Shown here: positions 40,697-50,989 of the stretch, piece by piece
Position numbering within the stretch: position 1 is the first letter of the stretch
Layout of the letters: every line of letters starts with the position of its first letter
Origin: an uncultured Candidatus Saccharibacteria bacterium
Lineage (GTDB): Bacteria > Patescibacteriota > Minisyncoccia > Phycocordibacterales > JAACPR01
Direction: 5' to 3'
NCBI GenBank assembly: GCA_964538855.1
Contig: CAZIEY010000002.1
Span: 153,007-217,006 of the forward strand
Length of the DNA: 64,000 nt
The notes under the pieces: generated by a model
Seen by the model: the letters and a program-made list of their open reading frames with translations, nothing else
Database searches by the model: none
Told to the model about the DNA's origin: nothing
Translations under genes and position numbers: made by a program

Positions 40697-40768
40697 ACAA
40701 GTAAGTATACCTTAATTTTAAAAAAAGGCGAATTTTTTATTACAAACGTGCGAACACAACCTTTCAAA

Positions 40769-41935
40769 CTATATTTTTACAATTACACCAGCGTCAGCAT
40801 CTAATAATATCGCATCACCATCTTTAAGTACTCTTGTTGCATTCTTTGTACCAACCACGCAAGGAATTTTGTACTCTCGACTTATTAATGCTGCATGAGA
40901 CATCAGCCCACCTTCATCGGTAATCACACCAGATACTTTCGCAAACCCCATAGCGAGATGAGGGGACGTCATAGGTGCCACAATAATATCCCCTCGTTTT
41001 AATTGATCAATGAACGTATTGTAACCTTTTTCAGATAATAACGCTGGGACAATTTTAGCAGTACCCTGTACTTTTCCGGGATATACACTTTTCCCTTTTA
41101 TGCAATCAGTAGGTGCATTTTCAAAATCATTAATTTTTCTGATATCGTCCTCAGAAAGCTCTGTGATGGTAACATCGTCTTTATTAACATGTATTTCCAG
41201 ACCAAAACCTTCCATTCTTTTATTTAAGACCTCGACATTAACAGAGCCACCTACAACAAGTAAATCTTCTAATTCATGTAACGACATATTAGCCACCTGA
41301 GGAATAGTGTATTTTTTTCTAGTACTGACCACTGATATCAAACGGGCGATATCTGATGATAAATTTTCTGTGATCTGTTTCGCTTCGAATCTCATTCTTG
41401 AAACGTATCTAATCACATTAAACAAGTCTTGATATTTTTCTAATCCATATTTCATAAAACCTTTTTCTGATGATAATATGTCCGCCAATATCGCATCTAT
41501 ATTTGTATTACTTTGAGTATCTAACACAATAGTTCTCGCCTTATTTTCAAGATGTTGCACCAAATGCGGTTCAGTGAGACGATACACGGAAATAAACTTT
41601 CCAAACAAAACTATGACCTCTCTAAAGAAATTATATATTTGTGTGTTAGAGATTTTCTCAAAATCTAATTTCGAAAATGTTGTATGAAACGTAGCGATGT
41701 CATTTCTCACTTTTGCAAAATCAATTTCAATATTCAATATTTTTTGAGGATCATCAATCAGATTACTAGTTAAAACACGCACTGCCTCTATTTCATCATC
41801 GGTCGCATACGCGGACAAAACACCTTGGCGATACACAAAATAACCACTATGAAAGAAGTAGTGTTTCCCGGTGGTTTCAGTAGCCCACAAATAATCTATA
41901 AAACTTTCTCTCCATAAAAAATGCGGAGTTTTCAT
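40769..41935 (-). CDS. PEP-utilising-enzyme family protein (C-terminal phosphohistidine swivel domain) with unknown N-terminal domain
   Basis: C-terminus GGLMSHAALISREYKIPCVVG matches PEP-utilizers mobile-domain His motif. Confidence 0.6.
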   Translation of the reverse strand: MKTPHFLWRESFIDYLWATETTGKHYFFHSGYFVYRQGVLSAYATDDEIEAVRVLTSNLIDDPQKILNIEIDFAKVRNDIATFHTTFSKLDFEKISNTQIYNFFREVIVLFGKFISVYRLTEPHLVQHLENKARTIVLDTQSNTNIDAILADILSSEKGFMKYGLEKYQDLFNVIRYVSRMRFEAKQITENLSSDIARLISVVSTRKKYTIPQVANMSLHELEDLLVVGGSVNVEVLNKRMEGFGLEIHVNKDDVTITELSEDDIRKINDFENAPTDCIKGKSVYPGKVQGTAKIVPALLSEKGYNTFIDQLKRGDIIVAPMTSPHLAMGFAKVSGVITDEGGLMSHAALISREYKIPCVVGTKNATRVLKDGDAILLDADAGVIVKI

Positions 41936-41954
41936 GGTGATAGTATATCAAATG

Positions 41955-42515
41955 TTAACCCAATAATGCATGAAGTTCATCAAATCGCACAGCACATGCT
42001 TCACCGAATTTAAAGAGGTCTGCTCGCACTACTTCTACTAATTTTTCTTCTCGCAGTTTGTCTGGGTTTTTACTATAAAAACAATCGGCGTAACACACAA
42101 TTTTTTCTTCGATAGAAAGTGGCAACATGTCGCGTGCTGGAATTGGCAATTTCTGCGCGATAATTTCATCTTTGGCCAAGCCCGAACCCGTATGTCGATC
42201 CGCGACCAACGCATGACGCGGTAACCCTTCTGCTTCGAGCAATTCTCGACCCAAGTATCCGTGCGCAATATATGGCTCGGTGCCGTGACAAAAAATGCTC
42301 GGGGTATTGGTTTTGAAAATACCGATGTCGTGCAGTAGACTGGCTTCTTCGATAAAATTTCTGTCGGGATTTAAATGTGCGACGCGGTCTGCAATTTCGA
42401 GAGCTTTTGCACGGACCATTTCAACATGTGTAGTTAAAATAAGTTTGCATTCTGGATTGTCCGCATAATATTTTTCGATGAGAGCGTAGCATTGTGCGAG
42501 GTTTGGTTGTGACAT
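41955..42515 (-). CDS. HD-domain metal-dependent phosphohydrolase
   Basis: H...HD (LLHDIGIF) and downstream His/Asp ligands; start at MSQPNL. Confidence 0.6.
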   Translation of the reverse strand: MSQPNLAQCYALIEKYYADNPECKLILTTHVEMVRAKALEIADRVAHLNPDRNFIEEASLLHDIGIFKTNTPSIFCHGTEPYIAHGYLGRELLEAEGLPRHALVADRHTGSGLAKDEIIAQKLPIPARDMLPLSIEEKIVCYADCFYSKNPDKLREEKLVEVVRADLFKFGEACAVRFDELHALLG

Positions 42516-42531
42516 AGTTACATAATACACG

Positions 42532-42771
42532 TTACCAACCAGAAGTCCAAAAAAGTAATCCAGCAGTCCAAATAACAGTGCCCACGAATGCAATTATTGT
42601 ACTATTTCTTAGTACTTTATTTTGAAAAGCGACAGCAACTCTGTTAAGCCAACCAAGCGTTATCACCCAGCCCACATACAATATAAACTCATTATTTATA
42701 AAAACAGAAATTCCGAAAAATAAAATTAACGAAGCTATTGGCAAAATATACGCGTAAAATTTATTCACCAA
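42532..42771 (-). CDS. Small two-TM membrane protein
   Basis: 79-aa hydrophobic ORF. Confidence 0.3.
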   Translation of the reverse strand: MVNKFYAYILPIASLILFFGISVFINNEFILYVGWVITLGWLNRVAVAFQNKVLRNSTIIAFVGTVIWTAGLLFWTSGW

Positions 42772-42775
42772 AATA

Positions 42776-43456
42776 TTATACCACGCTAGGTTTAGCTAGT
42801 ACTCCATCAATTTTCTCCATCTCCAACTTCGTCCTCTCCCAATCCACCGGCGTCATTGAACGTAACTTTTTCTGATCGATGTCTATATCAAATACCATAT
42901 CTCTCAATTTCCACTTCCGGATTATTCCAGCGGCTTCGTATTTCGCGCTTAAGGCAAGCATCATTTCGCCAGCCTCTGCTTCGAGGTTCGCTAAATCTGC
43001 GGACGAGTAACCTTTTTCTTTCAAAAACCTGATGTCGTTATTAACCCACCGAATGCCCGCAACGCGTTCCATGACAATTAAGTAGGCGCCAGACTGTTCG
43101 ATTTTAGCAATTGGTCGTGGTGCAGGCAGACCGAGTTTTTGTAAAATCTCCATCACTTTATATTCGTAAAATGGATCAGCGTGTTTCTTTATTTGAGCTT
43201 TCTCGGTGTTAACTCTTTTAGCAACAGCAGCCAATGTTTGACCTGCAGAATTTGTCCAAACAGGTAAATCTTTCACCGCATTCGGATCTTCGTCGATGAC
43301 ACCGCTTGCGTCGTAGGTAGCTTTCCCCGATTTTATATTCACGCCTTTTTCGTTGAAATATGCGAGTGGATCGGCTATAAATTCCTCAGGCAAAAAATCA
43401 ACGAGAGTGGGTTCGATTTCAATTTTAGGAAACTGGGAAGGAGTTTCAGGATTCAT
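42776..43456 (-). CDS. Hypothetical protein, possibly atypical kinase-like fold
   Basis: YEYKVMEILQKLGL...YLIVMERVAG resembles kinase N-lobe/hinge; its last 19 codons are duplicated at 46174-46236. Confidence 0.4.
   Translation of the reverse strand: MNPETPSQFPKIEIEPTLVDFLPEEFIADPLAYFNEKGVNIKSGKATYDASGVIDEDPNAVKDLPVWTNSAGQTLAAVAKRVNTEKAQIKKHADPFYEYKVMEILQKLGLPAPRPIAKIEQSGAYLIVMERVAGIRWVNNDIRFLKEKGYSSADLANLEAEAGEMMLALSAKYEAAGIIRKWKLRDMVFDIDIDQKKLRSMTPVDWERTKLEMEKIDGVLAKPSVV
42813..42870. repeat. Copy A of 57-nt direct repeat (32-nt identical core ttctccatctccaacttcgtcctctcccaatc)
   Basis: Identical core at 46179-46210; flanks ~70 % identical. Confidence 0.6.
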
Positions 43457-43519
43457 AAATGAAGTATGCTACACATTCGGGGATGTAGATGACGATTTTG
43501 TAGGATTTCATGTAAATTA

Positions 43520-44089
43520 TTATATTACCTCCTCCAATAACTCCGGAAATTCCCTTGTCTTCATGTCGCCAAAACAGAAATGTCCGTAATTTTTGAACTC
43601 GACTGTCTTTATGCCTTGCACAGTTTCAGCGAGAATATTTGCGCTCTGTACCACATCTTTTTCGTCGTTGGTCGAAGTAAAAACCGTCACACCTTTTGTC
43701 TTTTTTACCAATTCAGGATCAATTTGCAACCCATCAAATATGGTCACATCAAATTCTCTTAGTGGATTAATCCAAGGAGCGACGAGTACCACCTTACCGA
43801 CTTTGATATTTGGTGTTTCTGATAAGTACCTGACGATAAAACCCGCTCCGCACGAATGTCCCACGAGCGCTGTATCTTCATTCAAAGTAAATTGTTCGAA
43901 CACTTTTTTCCAAGTTTCATACACCGGATTGTACGGCTCAGGCATTTCTGGTGTTTGTGTTAAAATCCCGCGTATATTTAACTGCTGTTGGAGCCAAGGT
44001 ATCCAATGACAATTGGACTGACTATCAGACTTTGCATCGAAATAGGTCTCCTTATCCGGCATTCCATGAAGTATGATAGCGGTTTTCAT
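43520..44089 (-). CDS. Alpha/beta-hydrolase (serine esterase-like)
   Basis: GHSCG (GxSxG) nucleophile elbow; 189 aa. Confidence 0.65.
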   Translation of the reverse strand: MKTAIILHGMPDKETYFDAKSDSQSNCHWIPWLQQQLNIRGILTQTPEMPEPYNPVYETWKKVFEQFTLNEDTALVGHSCGAGFIVRYLSETPNIKVGKVVLVAPWINPLREFDVTIFDGLQIDPELVKKTKGVTVFTSTNDEKDVVQSANILAETVQGIKTVEFKNYGHFCFGDMKTREFPELLEEVI

Positions 44090-44196
44090 ATACCATATGT
44101 TAACAAAAGGTTACAAGACCCACAATGATTTCATAATTTCCACCTTCTAGTATCAACATGTGCTTATTAAGAGGAAATAACGACGAAGTTGCAATT

Positions 44197-45279
44197 TTAA
44201 ATCTGTCTAAGCGCCGGTCGATACCCAGTCGCATCGCCGTTTTTGTTAAATCCGTACGTACCTAAAACTCCGTCGAAATCTGTCAGAGTGTGAAGGTAAT
44301 TTTGTATCGTCTCCGAATCTATGCTTTTTGTATCGTCAATAGCTCGCTTTAATACATAGACCGAATCATATGTAACAGAAACTGCAAAATCAAAAGTGGG
44401 CTGACCAAATCGTTCCTTGTAAGTTGAAAATATTTTTTCTTTTTTACTAGTATTAGGGATTTCAGGATCTGCCGGATATGTCATACCCTTTGCGAAAGGA
44501 ATATTCCGTATTTCTGGTATGCTGCCCACATAATTCCCGTAGATCGCCCCTTTATATTTTCTTTGTTCAAGTTGATTCAAAATAGCTATTGCACTCCCCG
44601 ATTCGTTTGCATTTATAAATATAGCTTGCGGATTGTGACTCATTATCTTTTGCACCTGTGTCCGCACATCTGTCGAATGTGGCAAAGCATCCTCGCTGTA
44701 CAGAGTGCCCGTATAATGTTTTTTAAAAGCCTCTTTCATTCCTGCAGAATAATCCCCGAGTTCAGTAATAATACCTACGGATGTATATTTTGTATTCATA
44801 TCTTCGGCAATAATCTGCGCCGAGTCTTCATCAGAGTGTGAATTACGAAAAACATATTCACTCATGCCAGATATCTGAGGATTTGTAGACCATACTGCAA
44901 TGAGATTTATTTTGGCACGATCGGCAATCTCTCCTGCTGCCAAAGTTTCTGCCGAGCAAGACGACATAAGGAAATTTACACGATCAATAGAGATAAGTTT
45001 TTGCGCCGCAATCGAAGCTGTTTTCGCATCACATTTTCCGTCTTCGTAAATTACTTCCAGTCGTTTACCCAGAGTATCCCCTGCGGAATTAATTTCTTCA
45101 ATCGCTAATTCCATAGCATGCTTCTCTTCAATTCCCCATGATGCACCGAAACCCGTAAGTGGGGCGATAAAACCAATTTTAATTGATTCATTATTTGTGG
45201 TTTTAGAACTGTTAATACCAACTGCTGCGGCAATAGTAATAATTGCTACAAAAACCCATATTTTGTGGTTTATTTTCAT
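44197..45279 (-). CDS. ABC transporter substrate-binding protein, LivJ/Leu-Ile-Val-binding family (orphan)
   Basis: Signal/TM anchor, type I periplasmic-binding fold length and motifs (IGFIAPLTG...); no adjacent permease/ATPase. Confidence 0.75.
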   Translation of the reverse strand: MKINHKIWVFVAIITIAAAVGINSSKTTNNESIKIGFIAPLTGFGASWGIEEKHAMELAIEEINSAGDTLGKRLEVIYEDGKCDAKTASIAAQKLISIDRVNFLMSSCSAETLAAGEIADRAKINLIAVWSTNPQISGMSEYVFRNSHSDEDSAQIIAEDMNTKYTSVGIITELGDYSAGMKEAFKKHYTGTLYSEDALPHSTDVRTQVQKIMSHNPQAIFINANESGSAIAILNQLEQRKYKGAIYGNYVGSIPEIRNIPFAKGMTYPADPEIPNTSKKEKIFSTYKERFGQPTFDFAVSVTYDSVYVLKRAIDDTKSIDSETIQNYLHTLTDFDGVLGTYGFNKNGDATGYRPALRQI

Positions 45280-45414
45280 ACAACATAAACCCTATCAACA
45301 AAACAAAATATGTTTAGTAGGTATCGACATGTATACAATAAAAGGTCTATTATATCCATATACAAAGCCATACTATTGTTGACTGTGGTACAACAACATG
45401 TTAGCGTATTTTAT

Positions 45415-46173
45415 ATGAATAGCCCGCTTACCACCCTAGGCTTTACTGATAATGAAATCGACGTATACGTTGCTGTGCTTAAGTTTGGCAAAATTTCCTA
45501 CAGTGACGTGTCTAAACATACACATCTCAATAGAACCACAACATACGGAATTGTCCGCTCCCTCATCAAAAAAGGCTTGATTCACGAAGACATCGGTTCT
45601 ACCAAGAAATACTTGGTCGCCTCAGAACCCCGCGAGCTTTTATCACATTTGGAAATCGAACAAAAAGAATTAGACAACAAAAAATCTCTTGCGCTAAAAG
45701 CAGTGGAGGAACTTTCTCATATCGAGAAAACCAATAAACATTTTGCACCTCGAATTCGATTTATAGAAGAAGACAAAATCGAGAAATTTCTCTTTACACA
45801 ATCCGCGAAATGGAATAACTCGATACATATGTACGATAAAAAATGGTGGGGATTCCAAGACGCTTCTTCGATCAAGACCTACAAAAAGTGGCTCACGCAA
45901 TGGCAAAAGGAACCCAGTTCAAAAGGGATCGGCGCGCGGCTCATCACTAATTTGTCTGAGACTGAAAAATCTCTTCAGAATAATCATAGTGACCGAATCA
46001 TCAAATTTTGGGATGCGGACGAAGAGCGATTTGATTCGACATTGTGGGTAGCCGGAGATTACGTCATTACAATTGTCAGCACACACAACCCACACTACCT
46101 CATCGAAACTCACGACCCAATCATGGCGAATAACTTGCGAGGAGTGTTTAAGCAGTTGTGGAAGAGGTTGTAA
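45415..46173 (+). CDS. TrmB-like winged-helix transcriptional regulator (putative)
   Basis: Start at MNSPLTTLGFTDNEIDVYVAVLKFGKISYSDVS...TTYGIVRSLIKKGLI = TrmB N-terminal wHTH pattern. Confidence 0.45.
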   Translation: MNSPLTTLGFTDNEIDVYVAVLKFGKISYSDVSKHTHLNRTTTYGIVRSLIKKGLIHEDIGSTKKYLVASEPRELLSHLEIEQKELDNKKSLALKAVEELSHIEKTNKHFAPRIRFIEEDKIEKFLFTQSAKWNNSIHMYDKKWWGFQDASSIKTYKKWLTQWQKEPSSKGIGARLITNLSETEKSLQNNHSDRIIKFWDADEERFDSTLWVAGDYVITIVSTHNPHYLIETHDPIMANNLRGVFKQLWKRL

Positions 46174-46178
46174 TTTTA

Positions 46179-46237
46179 TTTCTCCATCTCCAACTTCGTC
46201 CTCTCCCAATCAACAGACGTCAGCGATCTTACTTTTC
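46179..46237. repeat. Copy B of 57-nt direct repeat; encodes remnant ...RSLTSVDWERTKLEMEK* (minus strand) matching C-terminus of gene 42776..43456
   Basis: Translation of minus strand gives KVRSLTSVDWERTKLEMEK-stop vs RSMTPVDWERTKLEMEK in the intact gene. Confidence 0.6.
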
Positions 46238-47296
46238 AATAAAGATTCCGTCTCTAAACACTTTTTGAGTAAAATCCCCCACTCTAGTTCCATTATGATC
46301 AAATCTAATTACACCCGAAAAACCTTCGTAATTGATGGTCGATAAATTACTCTTCCATGTAAGTACATTTGAATTATATGTTTTATTAATAAGACCTATC
46401 AAATCATATGCGTAATCCGCAGCAAATGCAGGTTTGCTGTTATATTGTCTTTCATATAGATTTGAAAATGTATCGTTCTGTCTCTTGAAGAATACAGAAA
46501 TACAGCCATCAAAGGGCTCATCCCCTATCGATTCAATATATGGAATTATAGTAACCTCCATATCTGGATTGCAAAATATCTTTTGTGTAGAATCTTTCAT
46601 TAAATACCATTTACTCAGAAATGGAACGCCAATTTCTGGGGTGGCCAGCACGGACACGGCTTGATACTCTTTATTACTTGCAATCAATGTAGCCATTCTC
46701 GACACATCACTTTTGCCTCCTATAACAAAAATCGAACTACTTGCAACATCGAAAGATTCTGAGAATCTAGACGCTGCATTTTTAAAAGTACCAGAATCTT
46801 GATAGACAAGAGCAACATTCGAGAAGTATGTAGAGACAACACGCCCGAGCTCCGTATACAAAGTTGAGGCGGATGGCATTATTTGAAAAATAGTATCATC
46901 AAAAGATTCACTTGGTTCAGCAATTTGAAATACTATAATAGGACTATCTTTAATGAGTGGTGCAATAGCATCCGCTGTTGTCGGTGATGTGTTTATTATC
47001 AAATTTACTTTATCAAGATTTATAAGCTTTAGATAAGCCGCAACTCCTTTTTTGGGGTCAAAACCATCATCCTCATAAATAATTGTATAAGGTACTTTTA
47101 ATTGATTATTCGCAAGCTCCAAGGCATTTCTAATACCATCACCTATAACAGCTTGCTCCCCGGAAAGTGGTAAAATTACTCCTATCTTAATTTTGTCCAA
47201 ATTTTTATTATTTGAAAATACCGCAACAAAAAGAGCGTTAATTACTATAATCAAACCGACTACAACTAATATCTTTTTATTTCTCATATATAGCAA
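46229..47296 (-). CDS. ABC transporter substrate-binding protein, LivJ family (orphan)
   Basis: As 44197..45279; N-terminal TM anchor. Confidence 0.75.
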   Translation of the reverse strand: MLYMRNKKILVVVGLIIVINALFVAVFSNNKNLDKIKIGVILPLSGEQAVIGDGIRNALELANNQLKVPYTIIYEDDGFDPKKGVAAYLKLINLDKVNLIINTSPTTADAIAPLIKDSPIIVFQIAEPSESFDDTIFQIMPSASTLYTELGRVVSTYFSNVALVYQDSGTFKNAASRFSESFDVASSSIFVIGGKSDVSRMATLIASNKEYQAVSVLATPEIGVPFLSKWYLMKDSTQKIFCNPDMEVTIIPYIESIGDEPFDGCISVFFKRQNDTFSNLYERQYNSKPAFAADYAYDLIGLINKTYNSNVLTWKSNLSTINYEGFSGVIRFDHNGTRVGDFTQKVFRDGIFIEK

Positions 47297-47357
47297 TTAT
47301 AATGCCTGAGTTTATAAGATTGAATTTTTGTACATTTTATGTACACTAGCACTATAT

Positions 47358-48017
47358 ATGGATATCCACGAAATACATAAAACCGAGCAAGAGATACTGA
47401 AAATACTCTCTACTCAACGGAAAGCGGTGAATATAAGTCAGTTAGCTTTTAGAATTAACATATCGCGAACAAGTATATACAATGCGATTAGAAAGTTACT
47501 TATCAAAAAATTTATAGTAAAAGATGGTCATGGGTATAGGCTTAACAAACACATCAGTTCATCCCCTCTCTCGATATACACAGATTCCAATGTTCTAATA
47601 AAAAAATTAATGGGAGAGCTTTTGACTTTAAAAAAGGGTGAGATAATTTATTCTATAGAAGCCGATAGTGAGATTGAGACTCTTGTGAAAGATAGGGTTT
47701 GGTTTTCGAAATGGCAAGATACAGTAATTAAAAATGGAATAGTATTAAAAGGTGTTGGATCTGCTAACGGGCTTTTGTTACTAAAAAACATACTTACTGA
47801 AAAAGAAAAATCTAAAATAAAAGAAAGAAGCGGGAGTGCGAGATTTATTCCGACAGAAATAAATACGCACATTAATTTAATCGTTTTTAAAAACTCAACT
47901 GTGTTATTTTCGAGGAAGCTTAATATTTTCCAAAGAATAGACAACAAAGATATATCTGATACATTCAGAATTATTCTAGACTCCCTCTACCTAAGCGGAA
48001 CTAGTGATGTGATCTAA
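47358..48017 (+). CDS. Winged-helix (TrmB/MarR-like) regulator-like protein
   Basis: Start at MDIHEIHK; EQEILKILSTQRKAVNISQLAFRINISRTSIYNAIRKL wHTH; architecture parallels 45415..46173. Confidence 0.4.
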   Translation: MDIHEIHKTEQEILKILSTQRKAVNISQLAFRINISRTSIYNAIRKLLIKKFIVKDGHGYRLNKHISSSPLSIYTDSNVLIKKLMGELLTLKKGEIIYSIEADSEIETLVKDRVWFSKWQDTVIKNGIVLKGVGSANGLLLLKNILTEKEKSKIKERSGSARFIPTEINTHINLIVFKNSTVLFSRKLNIFQRIDNKDISDTFRIILDSLYLSGTSDVI

Positions 48018-48072
48018 TTAATATATTTATTAGGTGATGATTTTGTAGGATTTTATATGTATAAATTATAAA

Positions 48073-48720
48073 TTAAAAAGAGGCGGTTATATAACCCCAC
48101 ACATTTTTAATATTTTTGTCCTTCTCCCAATATGCAGCGATCTTTTGTCGCATTTCTGCATGTTGAGGATACCCTTTATCAACCACTCCTTCAGGCAGCA
48201 AATCTTTGCATTCCACATTTAACAAAACTGTCAGAGCCTCTTTTATGTCATTATATTTTTGATGTCCGAGCCTTTCTTCTTGATCAGAACCTAATCCATA
48301 CCATGTATAGAAGTGCCACAATTCATGCATTGTAGTTTGTATAGCTTGCGAGGATTGAAGAGAAACATAAAAGAAATTATTTTCGATACTGTACGGACAT
48401 CGACTGTTAATTGTCAGATACGCAGTAAGATCTTGTGGAAGCACAACTCCGAAAATTGCTTCTGCCCTCTTTTGAAATTCAGACGAAATACGTTCCCAGT
48501 CAGCTTGAGATGCCGCAATTCGATTTTTAATATCGATATGATTTTCGGTGATATATTCATCAATAAATACACCGACTGATTCTGTGGTTGGATTCTCTCC
48601 GTATTTTTGAACAAGCTGTGTGTATTGCTTGGTTGGGTTTTGTGAGTGACTTGAGCTTTTACCTTTGTTAAGAAGACACCAGATGTCCTTGTCTCTGTCG
48701 TATGTAAAATTGATGCGCAT
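48073..48720 (-). CDS. Hypothetical protein with HExxH motif (putative zinc metallopeptidase)
   Basis: TMHELWHFYTW. Confidence 0.35.
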   Translation of the reverse strand: MRINFTYDRDKDIWCLLNKGKSSSHSQNPTKQYTQLVQKYGENPTTESVGVFIDEYITENHIDIKNRIAASQADWERISSEFQKRAEAIFGVVLPQDLTAYLTINSRCPYSIENNFFYVSLQSSQAIQTTMHELWHFYTWYGLGSDQEERLGHQKYNDIKEALTVLLNVECKDLLPEGVVDKGYPQHAEMRQKIAAYWEKDKNIKNVWGYITASF

Positions 48721-48756
48721 ATGAAAAGTATATCAAAATCTGTCCTCAACCGCCCA

Positions 48757-49476
48757 TTACATCGTCTTATCAAACTCCCCTTTTACATAACTCAAAAACC
48801 TAAACAACAACTCGTTGCTTGGCTTGTAATCATTGCGACGCAATTGATGTTCGTCTTGAACATATTTCAAGTTCTTGTATTTTTCTAATTCGTCTTTACT
48901 GTTTTGAATCATTCCTTCGATGCTCTCTGGGGTGAATTCGAAATGGCATTGGAAGCCGTACATTTTAGGTGAATATTTCACAATCTGTCGTGGACAACCT
49001 TCGCTCGTTGCAAGTATTTCTGATGTCGCAGTCAGCCCCGGCATATCACCGTGCCAGTGTCCGACCAAACATGTCGATGGAAATGTGCCGATGATCGGGT
49101 CTTTTTTTCCTTGTTCGGTTAGACTCAACATAAACAAACCGATTTCTTTGTTTGGACTATGTTCAAATCGAGCACCTAATGCTTCACCTATTAATTGAGC
49201 ACCCAAACACACGCCGAGTAAAAATTTGTCCTGTGCAATGACTTGTTGAATAAATCGAATTTCTTTCGCAGCGTCGAAATGTGGACATTCAGCGAACGTT
49301 GTAGATGGAGACTGCGGCCCACCCATCACAATCAAAAAATCAATCTCGTTAATGTTATTTGGAAAGTCCTCATTCTGATATATTTTTGTATACGAAACTT
49401 TGCAATTATTTTTCAAAGCCCAATCCACGATTGCGCCTGGTGCTTCGAAACTTTCGTGCATGATGATGTGGATTTT
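48757..49476 (-). CDS. Type 1 glutamine amidotransferase-like protein
   Basis: Start at MKIHIIMHE; LIVMGGPQSP and GVCLGAQLIGEALG (Cys nucleophile elbow). Confidence 0.6.
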   Translation of the reverse strand, partial: KIHIIMHESFEAPGAIVDWALKNNCKVSYTKIYQNEDFPNNINEIDFLIVMGGPQSPSTTFAECPHFDAAKEIRFIQQVIAQDKFLLGVCLGAQLIGEALGARFEHSPNKEIGLFMLSLTEQGKKDPIIGTFPSTCLVGHWHGDMPGLTATSEILATSEGCPRQIVKYSPKMYGFQCHFEFTPESIEGMIQNSKDELEKYKNLKYVQDEHQLRRNDYKPSNELLFRFLSYVKGEFDKTM

Positions 49477-49489
49477 CATGAGCAATATA

Positions 49490-50065
49490 TTAAAACGTTT
49501 TAAACTCCCCATCCCTAAGAGTACAAATCTCCAAGCTTTCTTTGTACTCGGATAGTTTATTGAGCAATGCACCCCAATCAATAACGAGCCCTTCATTATA
49601 ATCTGATTTCCAATGAGGAATAAATTTTATCGGCAATACGCCAAATCCTTCTCCAAGTCTGCTTGTTTTTCCAACACCGAAATATTTTGAGAGCATACTC
49701 GCCCCACCCGAACTTGCTACAACTGTTTTGTCAGCAAGCATATCGATCCACCCTGGAATGGCCTGTAATACGCTCATAATATCTTCTGGTCGAGAGCCTT
49801 GAAAAAATATAACGTCATTTTCTTTAACTTGTTGAGCAAATTTTTCTTGTGAAGCGAGTTCGACTTGGACCGAATCAATGTATTGCGAAAAAAATTGTTG
49901 ATCATCAGAAAATTTCTGATCCCAAGTTTCGAGTGGTCTTCCAAATAAACAATCAAGCAGTTTAATCGGCTGATGAGCAATATCCTTAGTGATTTCCTTA
50001 CAAAATGCAGCGCCACCGTCAGGAGCTTTGTAGTAGTAACCGCCGGAGAGAATAAACTTTGTCAT
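49490..50065 (-). CDS. Peptidase S51 (dipeptidase E/cyanophycinase-like) family protein
   Basis: ILSGGYYY...VVASSGGASM... layout of S51/GATase1-like fold. Confidence 0.5.
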   Translation of the reverse strand: MTKFILSGGYYYKAPDGGAAFCKEITKDIAHQPIKLLDCLFGRPLETWDQKFSDDQQFFSQYIDSVQVELASQEKFAQQVKENDVIFFQGSRPEDIMSVLQAIPGWIDMLADKTVVASSGGASMLSKYFGVGKTSRLGEGFGVLPIKFIPHWKSDYNEGLVIDWGALLNKLSEYKESLEICTLRDGEFKTF

Positions 50066-50111
50066 GCGAAAATTATATCATAGAAGCACCTTCACGATTA
50101 CATAAGGTGTC

Positions 50112-50726
50112 TTAATCTAAATACCCCTCAATCTCCCCCGGACTCTCCGCAAATCCCGCCACGAATTTTTCCATTCCAGAAAAATGTGACTTGTCTTGAT
50201 ATCCGTACGTCACCAAAATAATTCGCATGCCGAAATCTTTTGCATCAAGCACGTCGCCAACTGTATCAGTGATAAATGTCGCGTCATTACCACAGACATT
50301 ATAATCGCGTAAAATCTTTTCGAACTTCACTTTTTTATCTTTGGATGTTTCAGTGCCGTAAATCACGTCGAAATAATCAATTCTATTTTTGACGAGAAAC
50401 TTTTTTGTCGAGTCCGCATCCGCCGAAGTATTAATGACCAAAGTATGACCGTCCGCATGAAGCTTTTGTATAAGCGTATCTATCCCCGCAAATATCGGCA
50501 ACTCGTTTTTAGTTGGAAAATAAACTTCATTCATCCATCGTTCTTTTTCTTCTTTTGATTGAGCCGACGGCCCCATTTTCGCAATTTCCTCGTGAATATT
50601 TCCATTGAAAAAAGCCTTGTGCTGTTCTGGCTTTAAATCAGACCAGTCACGCAGATTCATTTCGTATGAGTGTCTCCAACTGTCTGCGATGACTCCGTCG
50701 AAGTCGAAGATGATGAGTTTTTTCAT
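50112..50726 (-). CDS. HAD-superfamily hydrolase
   Basis: MKKLIIFDFDGVIADS (DxD motif I), downstream motif II/III pattern. Confidence 0.7.
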   Translation of the reverse strand: MKKLIIFDFDGVIADSWRHSYEMNLRDWSDLKPEQHKAFFNGNIHEEIAKMGPSAQSKEEKERWMNEVYFPTKNELPIFAGIDTLIQKLHADGHTLVINTSADADSTKKFLVKNRIDYFDVIYGTETSKDKKVKFEKILRDYNVCGNDATFITDTVGDVLDAKDFGMRIILVTYGYQDKSHFSGMEKFVAGFAESPGEIEGYLD

Positions 50727-50989
50727 AAATAATTATATATTAATACTTCATCTTACACTTACCTAACCAAAACACCACACTCTTGCAAGTGTTTGCTATG
50801 TACAATAATATCTTTCTGTAAAGATCTAAAGTACATCCAACACAAATGAAAAAAATAGCCATACTAAATTCTACAACTTCAAGGAAAAATTCTTAGGAAA
50901 AAACAACATGGCTAAATTTTAGCTTGTTTTTATTGGTAAATATAGTATAAATTCAACCTAGTGGACCATTCAAAAATAACACTACCTAC

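Noticed and set aside
40558-40767. 69-aa ORF from the track at the edge of the GC-rich island
   Set aside because: The translation is unconvincing. A 38-aa highly basic ORF in another frame (40580..40696) is a more plausible product, though still low confidence.
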